This document shows, one piece after another, positions 38,758 to 51,343 of a DNA stretch of 64,000 nt. Made by a program: the position numbers and the translations under genes. Location: assembly GCF_018350175.1 (NCBI RefSeq), contig NC_058368.1, positions 237,028,001 through 237,092,000 on the forward strand, in the 5' to 3' direction. The notes below the pieces were generated by a model. That model was not told the origin of the DNA. It ran no database searches and worked only from the letters and a program-made list of their open reading frames with translations. How positions within the stretch are numbered: the first letter of the stretch is position 1; the number at the start of each line of letters is the position of its first letter. This DNA is from Felis catus. Taxonomy: Eukaryota.

Positions 38758-41700
38758 GACTCTTCCTAACTCATCAGGCCTCAGCTCCGGCGTCTTCTCC
38801 CGGAGGCCTCCCTGCCCCAACTCCAGCGCCTGGTCACCAACCTCAGCACGCGCTGCACGGCCGGCCCGTGTGCAGTGACCCAAGACTCATCCGCCTAGGG
38901 ACTCCCACTCCCACGCAGGAGAGCTCTGTGGAGGGCGGGCTGGCCCCTCTCCAGGACAGAAAGGGGGTGAGGGCGGCCCTGCGGAGAGGTGGACTGTGGT
39001 GGGAACTTCCAATGACTCTGCTCCATGGAAACAGGCCGTGAGCCCGGGAATGGTGGGGGGGAGGGTGACACCGTGACCCGAAGTCGTCTGCCGCAGCAGA
39101 GACGGACGGGACCTCTACTTTCTAGCTGAGAATGGGAAAACTAATTTAGCAAGGGCTGATGGAAGTTCATATCCAATATTTAAGTCTGAAAGAATGGACA
39201 ATTCCTTCGACAAAAAAAGCTGAATTGTATTAATTTGGGACACGACAAAACACGGCTTTCAGACGAAGTACAAACACCAGCTCATTAGGTGCTCCCCTCA
39301 CTCAGGAAAAACTGTGGTCAGGTACCAGGGCCGCCAGGACTGATGGAGCATCCCCTGCCCTCGCGGAGTTTCTGGTCTAGGAGGAGCAGACGGCAAGCGC
39401 GGAGGAAGGCGCTCCACTGGTTTGCTCGCCCACGAGGTGGCCTGTTGAACTTCCGCAGTCCTGCTGGCGCTGACTGTGGGCCCATGTGTGGCAGGAGCAG
39501 AACCCGTCCGCGGTGCCTGCCTGCTCCGCTGGCCGCTGGCCCCTCCCTGGGGCTGCAGCCACGGCTCGGGCCCGGGCCACGGTTTCAGCTCTGGCTGAGC
39601 AGAAGCACATCCCAGGCCGGTGGCGGGAGGTGGGCTCTGAGCCCATCTCCTCACCGTGCTGGTAGCCGTGCTCACAAAGCCCCCCACGCCGCTCTCCTGG
39701 GCGTGCCGCACCCAGTGCCGGCACCGTGGTGGTTCCTGTTCACAGTGGAGGCCCAACCCCGGACACAGTGAGGGCGGCCGCGCCGTTACTTTAATCCGAG
39801 GAGCTGCACCCCACCCCTCTCCACCTTCCCTGTGCCTTCTGGAGCCGTCACTACTCAGGTGACACTGGGCCAGCAGCCAGTTGGGCATTGCAGTCCAGCT
39901 CTTCTGGGGAAGCAGCTAACAGTGCTCAGGTCATGCCTCCGTATCCCAGGAGTGAGAGGCTAAGACAGCTGGGGATGAAAATGGTTGTGGAGGCTCCCCA
40001 CTGCTCGCTGGGGACACCCGGGGCGTATTGGTGCTCGGGGAACCCCTGGGACTCTGGCTGACGTTGGTGTGAGAAAGTGCTGAGGGAGGTCCTCACGGGG
40101 CCGTGACTCACGGGGAGAGATGCCTTGGATGATGCCACCAGAGCTGGAGACAGCCCCCAGCCGTGGGGGTAGAAGGCTGTCCTGTCTTCCCGAAGAGGAA
40201 GTCACAGGTGCCAGGCCTCAGAGCTCACTGAACACCAGGATCTGAGCGAGGTTCGAAGGGTCCTCCAGGCTCTTGACCATTTAGAGTTTAATTATTACTG
40301 TTTTGAAAGAAAACACAAAATGCCGCAGGGCCAGCAGCTCCGTGCAGAGGGGGACATGACTGCTCCCGTCCAGGTGCCATGGCGTTAATCCTCCAGAGTG
40401 GCCCGGTCACTCACGCGCCTCGTGGAGCCCAGAGCGACAGATGGAGAGAGAACAGGGCACAGAGACTGGAGACAGAGACGAGCATCTGGAGACAGGAGCC
40501 CCGTTACCGGAAAGCCCGTGGGGGCTGGGGAGACGCTAACTCAGGTATCACCTTCAACGTAGAGCTGCTGTGTGCGTAGAGGGTAGGGAAGGAGGGGCGC
40601 TGGGAGGAGAGGGAGGTTGACAGAGACGCAGGGAGGAGGGGAGGGGCAGGGAGGGCAAGGAGGGCAGCAGGCCTCCGGACACCCTTCCCAACCTCCACCT
40701 CACTGAGGGCAGCACCTGACCTAGGAAGCCCCCCAAATACCACGCGTCTATTGTGTTCAGGTGACCTCAGGCTCTTGGACCCAAGCCCCCGCCGCCCCCT
40801 GAGATCCTGCGAACGGGACACGCTCGTCTCGCCGCTGAGGCCACCGGCCACCAAAGACACAGGCTTCCACCTGCGGGCGTGGGGCCCCCGGGTCTGGTTC
40901 CCAGGAGCCGCCCCGCCCGGGACGATGCGCCCTCACGTTCCGTTCAGAGCGCCCTGCGCCCGAGACCAGCCCCTGCTCGCAGCCTGTTGCTGCCTGCCCT
41001 CCAGAAGCGAAAACATTACTAAATCTGCACCACGGGCGCGGCATGAAGGGCTTTATTGTTCCCAGGCCCGCTGACAGCACCCGTATTGTCTCCGCTGCGT
41101 GGGCCATGCAGCTAACGCGCCGGCTTGTTTAACCATTAACCGAGTGCGCAGCAGGTGAGTCACCACTGAGGCCCGGCTCCCCAGCCCGTTGGGCGAAGAT
41201 CCGCGCCAGCCCCTCCCCTTGGTCGAGATGGAGATCCTTTATTTCGGGCGGTAATTGCTACATGTGCTCACAAATGATTTATTGTTGTTGATGGCAGCTC
41301 ACGCTCGGAAAGTTTGCCAAAGGGCGCGGATGGTCATTGATATGTACATGAAGGTGATAAACAAGGAACTGTATCAAATCGCTACCGGGGTGATTAGCTG
41401 CCCCCTTGTTTCAGGCTGCGGGCACTGGGAGGGGCACCGTCGCCCGGAGCGATCCGAGCATTCCTGTGCGCTGAGCACGGGCGCTCGAGGTGTTCTTAGA
41501 CAAGTACGGTGATGCCAGGCGGTAATCTGGGGGCGATTGACAAAGACCCAGGCTCGGATTTCAAAGAGCAGTGCAGACACCCACGCTCTGGCACACGCCG
41601 CTGAGTCTGTGGGGCCGACGGTTTCGCATTTTCTCCTCTTAATTACGTCTCTCGTCCGAAAACTGGCTGTCGCAGGCCGGGGAAGCGCTGGCCTGTTAGC

Positions 41701-42169
41701 TCGACAAGATGGCACTTCCCTTAGCTTTGGGAACGGGCGTCCTACCCCGTCTGCCCTGACTGGACAGCTCACGTCTGGCCGGACACGGCAGGACAGGCGT
41801 TCTTGGGGCCGGTGTGCACAGTTTGCAGGTGGTGAGGACAGAGCCTGCAGCCCCCGCACCGGCGCTCAGTGAAAACTCCAAACAGAGAATCGAGCTCCCT
41901 CGGGCAGAATTTCCTGATGACTTTCTTTCGAAAGACCTTTCAACTCAACACCAGTCTTTGAGTGAGGAAGAAGCAGAACACCCAATATGCCGATGTAATG
42001 ACACTTATGGTCACTCTGCTCAGTATGCTCTGGAAGCAATGACCTGTCCTGCCTGCCCTTCGGGACGATGCAAAACAGAATCGCACAGTCTGAACCTAAG
42101 AGGGCTTGTAGCACACACTCGAATTTTCCATCTAGAGGTAAATGTAGCTCTTCCCTCCCAACCTACTGG

Positions 42170-42270
42170 TTCCACGCGTGAGAAAACTGAGGCCCACAGG
42201 TGCTCAGCGTCTCGTGTGGGGGCCACGGCCAGGGAGTAAATGACAGACCCAGGGAGGAAGCAGGGCTCAG
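42170..42270 (-). mobile_element. MIR fragment
   Basis: GTGAGAAAACTGAGGCCCACAGG...GGCCACGGCCAGGGAGTAAATGACAGACCCAGGG. Confidence 0.65.
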
Positions 42271-42818
42271 CGCCCAGCGCCCCTCACTGCCGGCCCCACC
42301 TCGACACTGGGGATGTTCACCTGCTCTCTTTCTAACAGCACACGCTAAACCACCATTTCCGATAAGGACGCCTCAACTTGCTTCTGAAAAATAAGTGGGA
42401 ATACAAGACAATGCTCTCTACATCAGATAAGGATGAGTTATCTTGGTTCATTCCCAGGACTTGAAAAGTCAGTCCTCGCCGAACGGAACTCTTCAGACAC
42501 GAGCATGCCCGGGCCGGCTGGCTTCTGAGCCGGGCGCTGACCGGCTCCCAGGTCGCTGCTGAGTGTGCCCTCTTGTTTTATGAGCTGCACCGGGACGCAG
42601 GCACACATCCCCGGAGCTTAGGCCGTTTCCGTCTTCCTCCCGTGTGTGCCGGAGACAGGAGGGTTCTTTCTCCACATTGGCCCATGAGGAACTTGAGCCC
42701 TAGAGACTCAGGGGACTCATTTGAAGTCCATCATCACGAGAGAAGGAGGGTCGGTTCCAAGATCCATATCTGTGGACTGCCTGGAGGAGGGTCCCCACTT
42801 CTAACCAAGTATTAGTTC

Positions 42819-43405
42819 TGTTTTCGTAAGGTATCTGGGATTTGTGTGAATCTGGTAAGACACACAGACACAGTATGACTGCCCTGAGGAAGAAGTGTTT
42901 ATGCTCACAGCTCCCTGGACACAGGAGGTAGATTGTACCATGGGGGGGGGGGGCACAGGTGGAGGCCCCAGGGAGAGTCAGGGGGCCCCAGGGAAGGTCA
43001 GGAGGCCCCAGGGATGGTCAGGAGGCAGCAAGAACAGGAGAAAACGTGGCAAGACCCTTGATTGTGGCTTTTGTGGGGAGGAGAAGAAGGTAAGCAGACT
43101 CAGGACAGGCGGGTGTGAGTGATTTCAGTGGGTCTGGAGCACAGGGGCATCCCTAGCTGTCTGGTGCCCGCCCTGAGGTGATTAGGGCCACGGGATCACG
43201 GTCTGGAATGTTCAAGCTCAAAGAAGAGGGCGCCTGGCTGTGAGCGCTGATCCCGCCAGTTAGCGTGCGGAAGGCGCTTGCACAGACGAGCTGTTGGCGG
43301 TCCCTGGCCGTTCGCCAACCCTGGGAAGGGCAGCTCCTCCAGGGTCAGCAGCGCCCCAAGGTGGCAAGACATCAAATACAGAAACTAGGACGTGTGGTTA
43401 TTGCA
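42819..43405 (-). mobile_element. MER74-like ERVL solo LTR, full length
   Basis: Reverse complement reads TGCAATAACCAC...TTTCTGTATTTGATGTCTTGCCACCTTGGGGCGCTGCTGACCCTGGAGGAGCTGCCCTTCCCAGGG...GCCCTAATCACC...CCCAGATACCTTACGAAAACA. TG...CA ends with GTTC on both flanks (42815-42818, 43406-43409). Confidence 0.88.
42961..43026. repeat. 20 bp tandem repeat, 3.3 copies, inside the MER74-like LTR
   Basis: GGAGGCCCCAGGGAGAGTCA / GGGGGCCCCAGGGAAGGTCA / GGAGGCCCCAGGGATGGTCA / GGAGGC. Confidence 0.93.
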
Positions 43406-44604
43406 GTTCCCATGATCCCAAGATGCCCTGACTCTGCCGCTGAATGTTCCCGTCTCAGACGGCGAGTGTGGGATGCCCCCTGGAGCCATCGGGATGCCTC
43501 ATCCCGCGACTCCCCGCCCTCGAGGCTGACGTGGCCGTGCGGGTTCTCCGCTGGGCGCGCGGTGTCTCAGCCTTCCTCACAGGGACCGGTGAGTGGAGGG
43601 ATCCGCGCTTTGGGGGACCGCGTGTGAGGGCAGAACACGGGCCCCTGGAGCTGGAGGAGTTTGTAAGACTGCAAAGGTGCTTCAGACGCCGACGACAAAG
43701 GGAGGAGACAGTGAGGAAAGGCCTGGGGCCGCAAGGCGGGAGCAGGGAAGCTTAAGAAAGGCCCACATCTAAGTGGTGGAAAGTCGCTTCTTTCGTGCAC
43801 ACAATCCCACTGACCCAGCGCATGCCTCCCCAGAGTCAGCGAAGGGAACTGAGGCCGGAAACAAAGAGCCCGGGTGTGCACGACCGACCGGGGCCTGGTT
43901 GCAGGAGCAGACGCCCAGCCGGCCCAGGAGTCGGGAGAGTGAGCCTCAGGGCTGGGGGGCAGCGGGCTCGTCCCGGCCCCAGAGGCAGAGACAGCCTAGC
44001 CCACCGCCCGGACAGCTGGGGACAGACACACCCCGAAGACGGGCTGGCAGTCCAGAAGTCCGAGGACCCCCTTTCCTCCCGCTCTTCTCTGTGCGAGTGG
44101 AGAAGGCCTTCCTTCCTCTGGACGTTTCTACAGACCAGCAGTCACTGACTCTGCAGACGTGCTCTCTGCTCAAGTTCTTCTCATTCCCGGACTTGCAGAG
44201 AAAGTAGGGGAGAAGCCAGCAGCCCCCACCGCCAGGGCTGGTTCCCTGAGGCCGGGGGGGCAGATGACCTCACACTGAGTGGCCCGCCATTGTGAGCACC
44301 GTGTCCCTGGGCCAGGGGCCCGGGCATGGGGAGCTGGGTCCTCACGCGGGGTCTCAGCAGGCTGAAGTCCGACCGCTGCCTTCTCACCGGGGGGGCCCAA
44401 GGAGCGAAAGCCCTGCTTCCAGGCTGCTCGGGACCTTGTGTTCCTAGGACCAGGGCCCTCCGCCCCAGAGGCCACCTCCCCCCGCCCCCGCCACCCTGGC
44501 ACAGTTCATCCTCCAGGCACAGAGTGGGACAGAGTCACTGCTCCCCATGAAGGACCCAGGCGCTCTCCTACGGCTCTTGTCTGGTTAGGTCAAGCCCACA
44601 GGAT

Positions 44605-44654
<50 letters not shown>
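44605..44654. repeat. (TTTC)n tetranucleotide microsatellite at the SINE tail
   Basis: About 12 perfect TTTC units directly adjoining the SINE T-rich tail. Confidence 0.95.
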
Positions 44655-44655
<1 letters not shown>

Positions 44656-44892
44656 AATTTTTCTAATTTTTTAAATTTTTTTAATATTTATTTTATTTTT
44701 TGAGAGACACAGAGAGACAGAGCACAAATGGGGGAAGTGTAGAGAGAGAGAGAGGGAGACACAGAACCCGAAGCAGGCTCCAGGCTCCGAGCTGTCAGCA
44801 CAGAGCCCGACGGGGGGCTCGAGCTCACAAACCAAGAGATCGTGACCTGAGCCGAAGTCAGAGGCTTAACTCACTGAGCCACCCAGGCGCCC
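44605..44892 (-). mobile_element. Felid Can-SINE (SINEC_Fc type) with expanded tail
   Basis: GAAGCAGGCTCCAGGCTCCGAGCTGTCAGCACAGAGCCC...CTGAGCCACCCAGGCGCCC; short CAGGAT match on both flanks. Confidence 0.97.
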
Positions 44893-44977
44893 AGGATAGT
44901 TCCTCTTTTAATTAACTAAAAACATCAGTTGATTTGGAACCTTAATTATAGATGCAAATCTCTTCATCTTGGCCATA

Positions 44978-45343
44978 CGTTCCGAGCTGAAATGGGTCCC
45001 CTCAAAATTCATCCACTGAATTCCTAACCCCCAGGTCCTGAGAAGGTGACTGTACTTGGAGACAGGTGATTAAGGTAACGTGAAACCGTAGTGGTGGCCC
45101 TGGTCCAGTCTGACCAGTGTCCTTATAAGAAGAGGGACACAGACGTGCCCAGAGGAAAGACCAGGAGAGTCACAGTGAGGAGCTGTCTGTGCGTCGCAGA
45201 GCAAGGACTCGGGAGAAACCAGCCTGTCCACACCTTGATGGTGGACACCCAGCCTCCGTCCGGGATGTGGGAAAATAGTGTCTCCTGCTCAAGCCCCTTG
45301 CATATGGCGGTCTTTATTCTGGCGGCCCCAGCAGACCAGTGAG
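44978..45343 (+). mobile_element. MLT1B-like MaLR solo LTR
   Basis: GAGCTGAAATGGGTCCCCTCAAAATTCAT...CCTAACCCCCAG...GTGACTGTACTTGGAGACAGG...GTGTCCTTATAAGAAGAGG...ACACCTTGAT. Confidence 0.85.
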
Positions 45344-48300
45344 CTGCACAGGGACGACTTTTCGTGGGGGTGAAGTCGCCTCAGACTCACACACAAGGAG
45401 GGGGTCACGCCAGGTGCACAGAGCAGGCAGCATGGATCAGGGGCCGGTCCCGGAGTCCCCCACCTCACCACCAGGAGCCCCCAAGTACCCGTAGCTGCAT
45501 CAGGTGGTCCCCAAGCCTGGCTCTTCCGAGGTCAGTCCCCTCGATCCAGAACCCCCTTCTCCCCCTTCCCTCTTCCAGCTCTGTGGAAACTTGGCCACCA
45601 GCCTCTCTTGCTCTGACATCACCCCCAGGTCCAAGCCGTGGCCATCACGGGCTGCGACTTTGGTCACTACTGGAGGCAAGGATGCAAGAAAATTCCAAGG
45701 CAGGTCTCGGGATCGAAAACAGACACCTCTCTGGTGAGCACAGGGGGGGTTTACGTGGTATGTGCTGATTGCCAAGTGCAGCCTGGTGTCTGGGGGCGGG
45801 GGGTCCTACAGGTTGCTGAAGTAAGGCGTGCAAGGTTAAGCAACATTTTGCAAGACAATGGAGCCATTTGAGAAGACTGGAACAGAGAAGACAAAATTTG
45901 CGTTGCAGTGAGGCTTAGACTCCTGCGGCTCTCCCCGGCAAGCACCAACGCAGCCAGCGTGCCCGGGGGTGGGTGGCCCGGGCGCAGAGCGCCCCCGGGG
46001 ACGCACACCCGCAGTGAGCCTCTGGGCGCATGTCAGGAGGTGTGGGATGCACTCGACACTCAAAGACGCCCGGGATGACCAGATGTCACCCAGGGGTCAC
46101 TTAGTAGCCACGTGCGTGCCAGTGACTGAGTCTGCAGACTGTGGATCTGCAGGGCACTGGAACAACGATGGGGAGAAGGCGTCACCCCAGAGATGTGGCA
46201 AGGGACCCACTGCTACCCGCCCCGGCTCGGTGAAGACACGGAGACCCTCCAATGCCCAGGGAGCACAGGGGCACAGTGCCCTGCCTGCGTGGGTATCGGA
46301 AGAAAGCGTGTTTCAGAGGAAAGGGGTGCACTTGCCCAGTGGTTAGCCTGACACACAGAACGGTGCTCCTGGGGCTCCCTGTCTGCTGGCTTCCGCCGCG
46401 GGGCCCCTAAGGGTGCAGTTGGACGTAAGGCGCAGGATCAAGGAGTCAAGCGGCGTCTCCAGGCTGTCCAGTCCTGGGGGTGACGGCTTTGCGACACGGG
46501 CAGGTGAGAACCTCTAAGAGGAGGCCCTGGACGGTAGAAAGAGAGAACATCAGAGTGAGGGGAGGGGGTGATCGGGGAGCAGACACCGCGTGCACGGCGT
46601 GGGCAGCTCCCGGGACGCATGACAGAAGGAGCCGTGCTGGGCCCCTGGCGGAACCCGTGTGCTGGGAAGTGGGGAGGGCTGATGACAACCGGGACTGACC
46701 CTCAGCCGGCCCCTGGGACCTGCGGAGGCTCCGGGCCGGTCAAGGCAGCACGTCCTGCGTGGTAATCCAGGGCTCGCGTGCAGACGGGCCAGCGTCCCCG
46801 GGAGCGTCCTGACGGCCGTGATTAAGAAATGCCTCCCGCCCAGCGCCGCCTGAACACGTGGCACCGGCTGGTGGGGGAGATAAGGGTGAAGATTTATCTG
46901 CACGTGTGGGCAAAGCGCATCCAGTGCACTTGTTCACTGTGCTCAGATACCTGGGAGATAGCGGCTCTGCAAGGAGATGGATAGATACCCTCTCTCCGCT
47001 GCTGCCCGCGGTTCCCTTCATCTCCCTGGGCTGGACGAGGACAGGGGCCCGCGCCCGGGCTCACCGGCCAGGGCTGGCCACAGCGATCTTCTTGCCGGAG
47101 CTGAGAATGACCTCTATCTGCTCGTTGCTACCAGTCAGATCTTCCTAAAGCCCTGAGCTCATCAAAGAACTGCCCCCCAAAAGGCCTTGGGCATCTCCCG
47201 GCAAGTAGGTAAGATTATCCCCGAGCCCTGCATGCGGCCACTCCAGCCATGCAGGTAGACGTTTCTCCACGGAGACCCCCCTCCTCGGCCGCCCGAAATG
47301 CCCTGTGTGTGTTCCCAGACCCAGGCTTCTATCACCCGAAGAAGCCACGTGATCTCGTAAAACACTCCCAGCCACTCCGAGTCCTGACTCTGTTTCCTCA
47401 TCCTTCCAGACACTTTCCCAGATCCTTCCACCCATGACTCCGCTGAACAGCCAGTACGTAACCTTGTTTACGTGTATGGACACGTGCTGTCTTGACTTCT
47501 TCCTGCACTGAGTCATTTGCTTAGGTCTTCTCTCCTAATCTAAATGATCAACGTGCACTTAACTCACAGATTGTGCATAATATACCCTGTGTTGTGATTC
47601 GGTCACAAGGCCCCACCATGCTGGAGGTACTTCTGAGCACAGCGGGTGGCTAATAGATAAGGACTGGATCAGTGTAGTTTTGATGAGACTCAAACATCTA
47701 TCCGTCACCCTGTTAGCAGACTGCATCCCATGACAGGACCCTAAGCTTCCAAGAAGATGCTAGAATCCACCCCGGGGACTTAGGTCAGTAGGAAGCAGCC
47801 TTTGGAGACTTACAGAATTTTGGCAAAGTCCCAAATAACCCAGACCAGTTTCCTACGGCAAAGACCCCTGGGTGGTCAGAGATTGCATTCACTATAAATT
47901 ATTTCCAACAGATACACAGGTATCTGTTAAAAGGCACGGCTATTGGAAAAGAAATAATTTCCATAGAAACTTGGAGCTTTCTCCTGGCTTGTTTTCCTGA
48001 CATTTCCTACCTCTCTCTCACTGGATCCTATGCTAAGAAATAATGGATAGGGCCCCACGGGGTGGCATGGCTCCCTAACATGGCCCCACCAAAGGGGAGT
48101 GAGTGTGGGGGCTCACCCTGACCTAATGGGAACAGAGTTTCTACATTTCTAACGGCCCCTCCCTGTCGTCTGTCATCTGCCCCACGCAGGCCTGATGGAC
48201 ACAGGGCCACAGCGTTCCCTGCAAGGTGTCCCTGGCCGGGATGGGCCCCATCCCACCAGCAATGTGCTCATCTGCCGTTGGCACCCAGGAAGTCCAGGAG

Positions 48301-48979
48301 CCACAATCGTGCCTGTCCGTGCTGCCCTGAGGCACAGTGACAGAGAGGGGCCTCTGGGGGCCCCCCTGAGGCGGGAGAATCAGGTGTGTCTTATTCCTGT
48401 CGGTGTTCACCATTACTCGAAACGTGGACAAGCGCTTTCCTTTCCCACAAATACTGTCTTTCTGCCATTGATTACAATCCTCCCAGCACCCAAGGCAGGA
48501 CAATGGTGTAGGACTCACGGGTGCACACACTTGCATGAGAGTGTATGCACTCCACTAAGACTCTTACTGGCCACGCCAAGGGACAGAAGGTGTAAAGATT
48601 TCCGGATCTGGGCAGCAACTCTGGGACCATGAGTCTGGACCCTTGCCTGGTGTGGTGGCTCACCCACGCCGTCCCTTGTCTCTACTCGCAGACTAACTCA
48701 CAGATTGTCGCCAGTCTAGACTGTCCAGGCTGTCAGAACTCTTTCTGAGTGGCACCCCTTATGTAATCCTGCCGTTTGCATGCGTCCCGCGTGGACCGGA
48801 GTCCCCTCGGTGGGACAGGGGCCTCTGCCTTCAGTGTAACTCTCTACGCCTCGTCCTGGAAGCAGACACAACACATCCCTGTTGACAGAGTTGGCTTTGC
48901 AGCCCCAGAGGCCCCTCAGGCATTCACCTGAAAGGGCCACGTGCCTCCTTTCCGGTAGGTCTGTCATCTGCCATTCTTT

Positions 48980-49198
48980 TTAAAATTTTTTTAATGTTTT
49001 TGTTTATTTTTGAGACAGAGAGAGACAGAGCACGAGCAGGGGAGGGGCAGAGAGAGAGAGGGAAACACAGAATCGGAAGCAGGCTCCAGGCTCTGAGCCA
49101 TCAGCACAGAGCCTGACGTAGGGCTCCAACCCGCAAACCGTGAGATCACGACCTGAGCCAAAGTTGGACGCTCAACCGACTGAGCCACCCAGGCACCC
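48980..49198 (-). mobile_element. Felid Can-SINE (SINEC_Fc type)
   Basis: Full head-body-tail layout. 19 bp TSD CTGTCATCTGCCATTCTTT (48961-48979) / CTGTCACCTGCCATTCTTT (49199-49217). Confidence 0.98.
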
Positions 49199-50908
49199 CT
49201 GTCACCTGCCATTCTTTCCCAAAAGGTCCCCTTAGAGTCTCCCTGTGGTTGACACGAATGCAACACGTTTGTCGTGTCAGAACCATAGCTAACAGGACAG
49301 AGTCCCTTGAAGGACGCCTGTGCCCACACCGGCATCAGAAGCAGCCTCAGGGGACAACGGTGGCCCTTCTGTGCAAGCCGGCATCTCACCTAAGCACGGA
49401 CCCCAGGGCCCCGTCCCGCTGTGATTCACCCTCCCCCGCCCCAACAGACAGCATGTGCCCTGTCACACACAACACAGTTAATGCGACAAAGAGGAGGCTG
49501 CTTTTTCTTTATAGTAGAACTATCTAGAAGGAACAGCATCCTTACCATAAAGGAAGGGGAAGCTGCAGGTAAGGGGTCCTTCTGTCTGGCTGTTCTCCCC
49601 CAAGCCCCACACCAGGTGACGGGAACCCGGGCAGTCTGTGGGCCCCCTTGCCGGCCCCTCCTCCAGAGGGGATAAATCACGCTCTTTCCCACCATTCACA
49701 CATCAGATATGATGTTAGCACTTTCACAGATCGAAAACTTCAAGCAACTGAGACCACAAGACCTTTGAAGACAGTGAAAATAAAAGAGCACCTTGGAAAC
49801 TTCTCAGCTCCTACATCACAATCAGAAGGAGTTCAAAGGATGTGACACGACGTCTGCACAGGGGTCGGTGTGGGGAAAGGTCATTCAGCCCGACGTGCCC
49901 TAGGCCATGCGGTATGTCACCGAGGAATCGGACCCCAGACTGTTGACGTGCATTCTTCCGGTGCTGTGCATTCCAGGACAGTCTGAATAACCTCCTTTCT
50001 ACAGGAGGGATTGCCAATAGGACAGCCACCCTGTATTCAGGCATAGGTGCTCCTTGGCAGGCAAGACGGAAGGAAGTGAGCCCTTGCTTTCTTTGGCTTG
50101 AAATCAGAGTTAAACCACAGTGTTGCTCTCGGGGTGTTTTGTTTGTTTGTTTTTAATAATTTTATTTCTTCCAGGTTCAAAAGACTTCTCGGGGTAAAGA
50201 GCTCTCCAGACCTCATTATTATGACCGCAGCTCACTTAGCATCAAAATATGAAAAATACGTCATATTTTTGAAGGGCCAAGTTCATGGCAGGAAATGCTA
50301 ATTAGGATGGAAACTGGGTCTAAGTGATTCCAACTGTAGCCAGGCTACTTTTTCTCTCTTAGTTCCCAAAAGAAAAGATACCACCAATATCACCTACCCT
50401 CACGGTGGCCACACTTTTTATGATATTCCGTATTACTCAGGCAGAAACAGGCACCATCATCTTAAGCCTACACACGCAAGCCATGGGTGGGAAACCAGAG
50501 GAAAGAGGACGTAGTCTTGCTAGGGGTCTTTACTAGATGGTTGTCATATTTTAATCTCAATATTTCCTCTTTGAATAAGACATTCCCAGAGATGGCAAAG
50601 TTTCTCCAAACCAATGCTTTCGAACACTGAAAAGTAGCTTTGAGGCCTGGCCTCTGCATGGATGTTGACATGCTCACTCTCATCCGTGAGGCATCCCAGA
50701 GGCTCAGCGTTGCCTCCAGGACCGAGAGGGCTCTGTAGGTGGTCGGAGCAGAGAATGAGGAAAGTCAGAGCCCGAGGTGAAGACGTAGAGGGTCCCGGAT
50801 TCCCGGGACCCCTGCAGAAAACACGGGAAGGAAGCTTCCTATCAGAAAGGGCCTGGTTCTTCTTGTCTACGGTCGGCCTCTGCGTAGCATCCCAGACAGG
50901 GCCTGACC

Positions 50909-51343
50909 TGCGGTGGATTGGGTCTCCCCCACGAAAGTTACGTTCAAGTTCTAACCGCAGGGACCTTCTTGGAGTTGGGGCTCTGCAGATGCCATTAGTT
51001 AAGAGCGTATCACACAGGGACAGGGTGGGCCCTAATCCAGCTTGCTGGTGTTCTTATAAAGAGAAAAAGAAAGATGGACCGAGGACAGAGAGCGGAAGGG
51101 CACGTGCCACAGGGGCCGAGATGGGAGCAATGAGTCTACAAGCCAAGGGACACCAAACAGAGCTGGGAACCACCAGGAGCCGGAGGGAGGAGCAGGGAGC
51201 CTCCCTTGGAGCCTTCAGAGAGAGCGTGGCCCGCGACGGCCTGATGGCAGACTTCTGGCCTCCAGACTGGGACGACGAGTCCTGTCGTTTGGAGCCAGGC
51301 CGCCTGCGGTCACTGGTTTCTGCAGACAGAGGCAACTGCCACG
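50909..51343 (+). mobile_element. MLT1C-like MaLR solo LTR
   Basis: AGGGTGGGCCCTAATCCAG...TGGTGTTCTTATAAAGAG...CTACAAGCCAAGGGACACC...GAGCCTTCAGAGAGAGCGTGGCCC...AGACTTCTGGCCTCCAGACTG. Confidence 0.87.

Noticed and set aside
41814..42239. ORF with a protein-like acidic stretch (EFPDDFLSKDLSTQHQSLSEEEAE)
   Set aside because: No recognisable family, no convincing flanking splice pair, and it ends in a MIR; tBLASTn or PhyloCSF would be needed to revive it.
50150..50180. Strong splice-acceptor-like site TTTTATTTCTTCCAG|G (similar sites near 928 and 62574)
   Set aside because: No convincing downstream donor or linked reading frame; isolated acceptors are common by chance.
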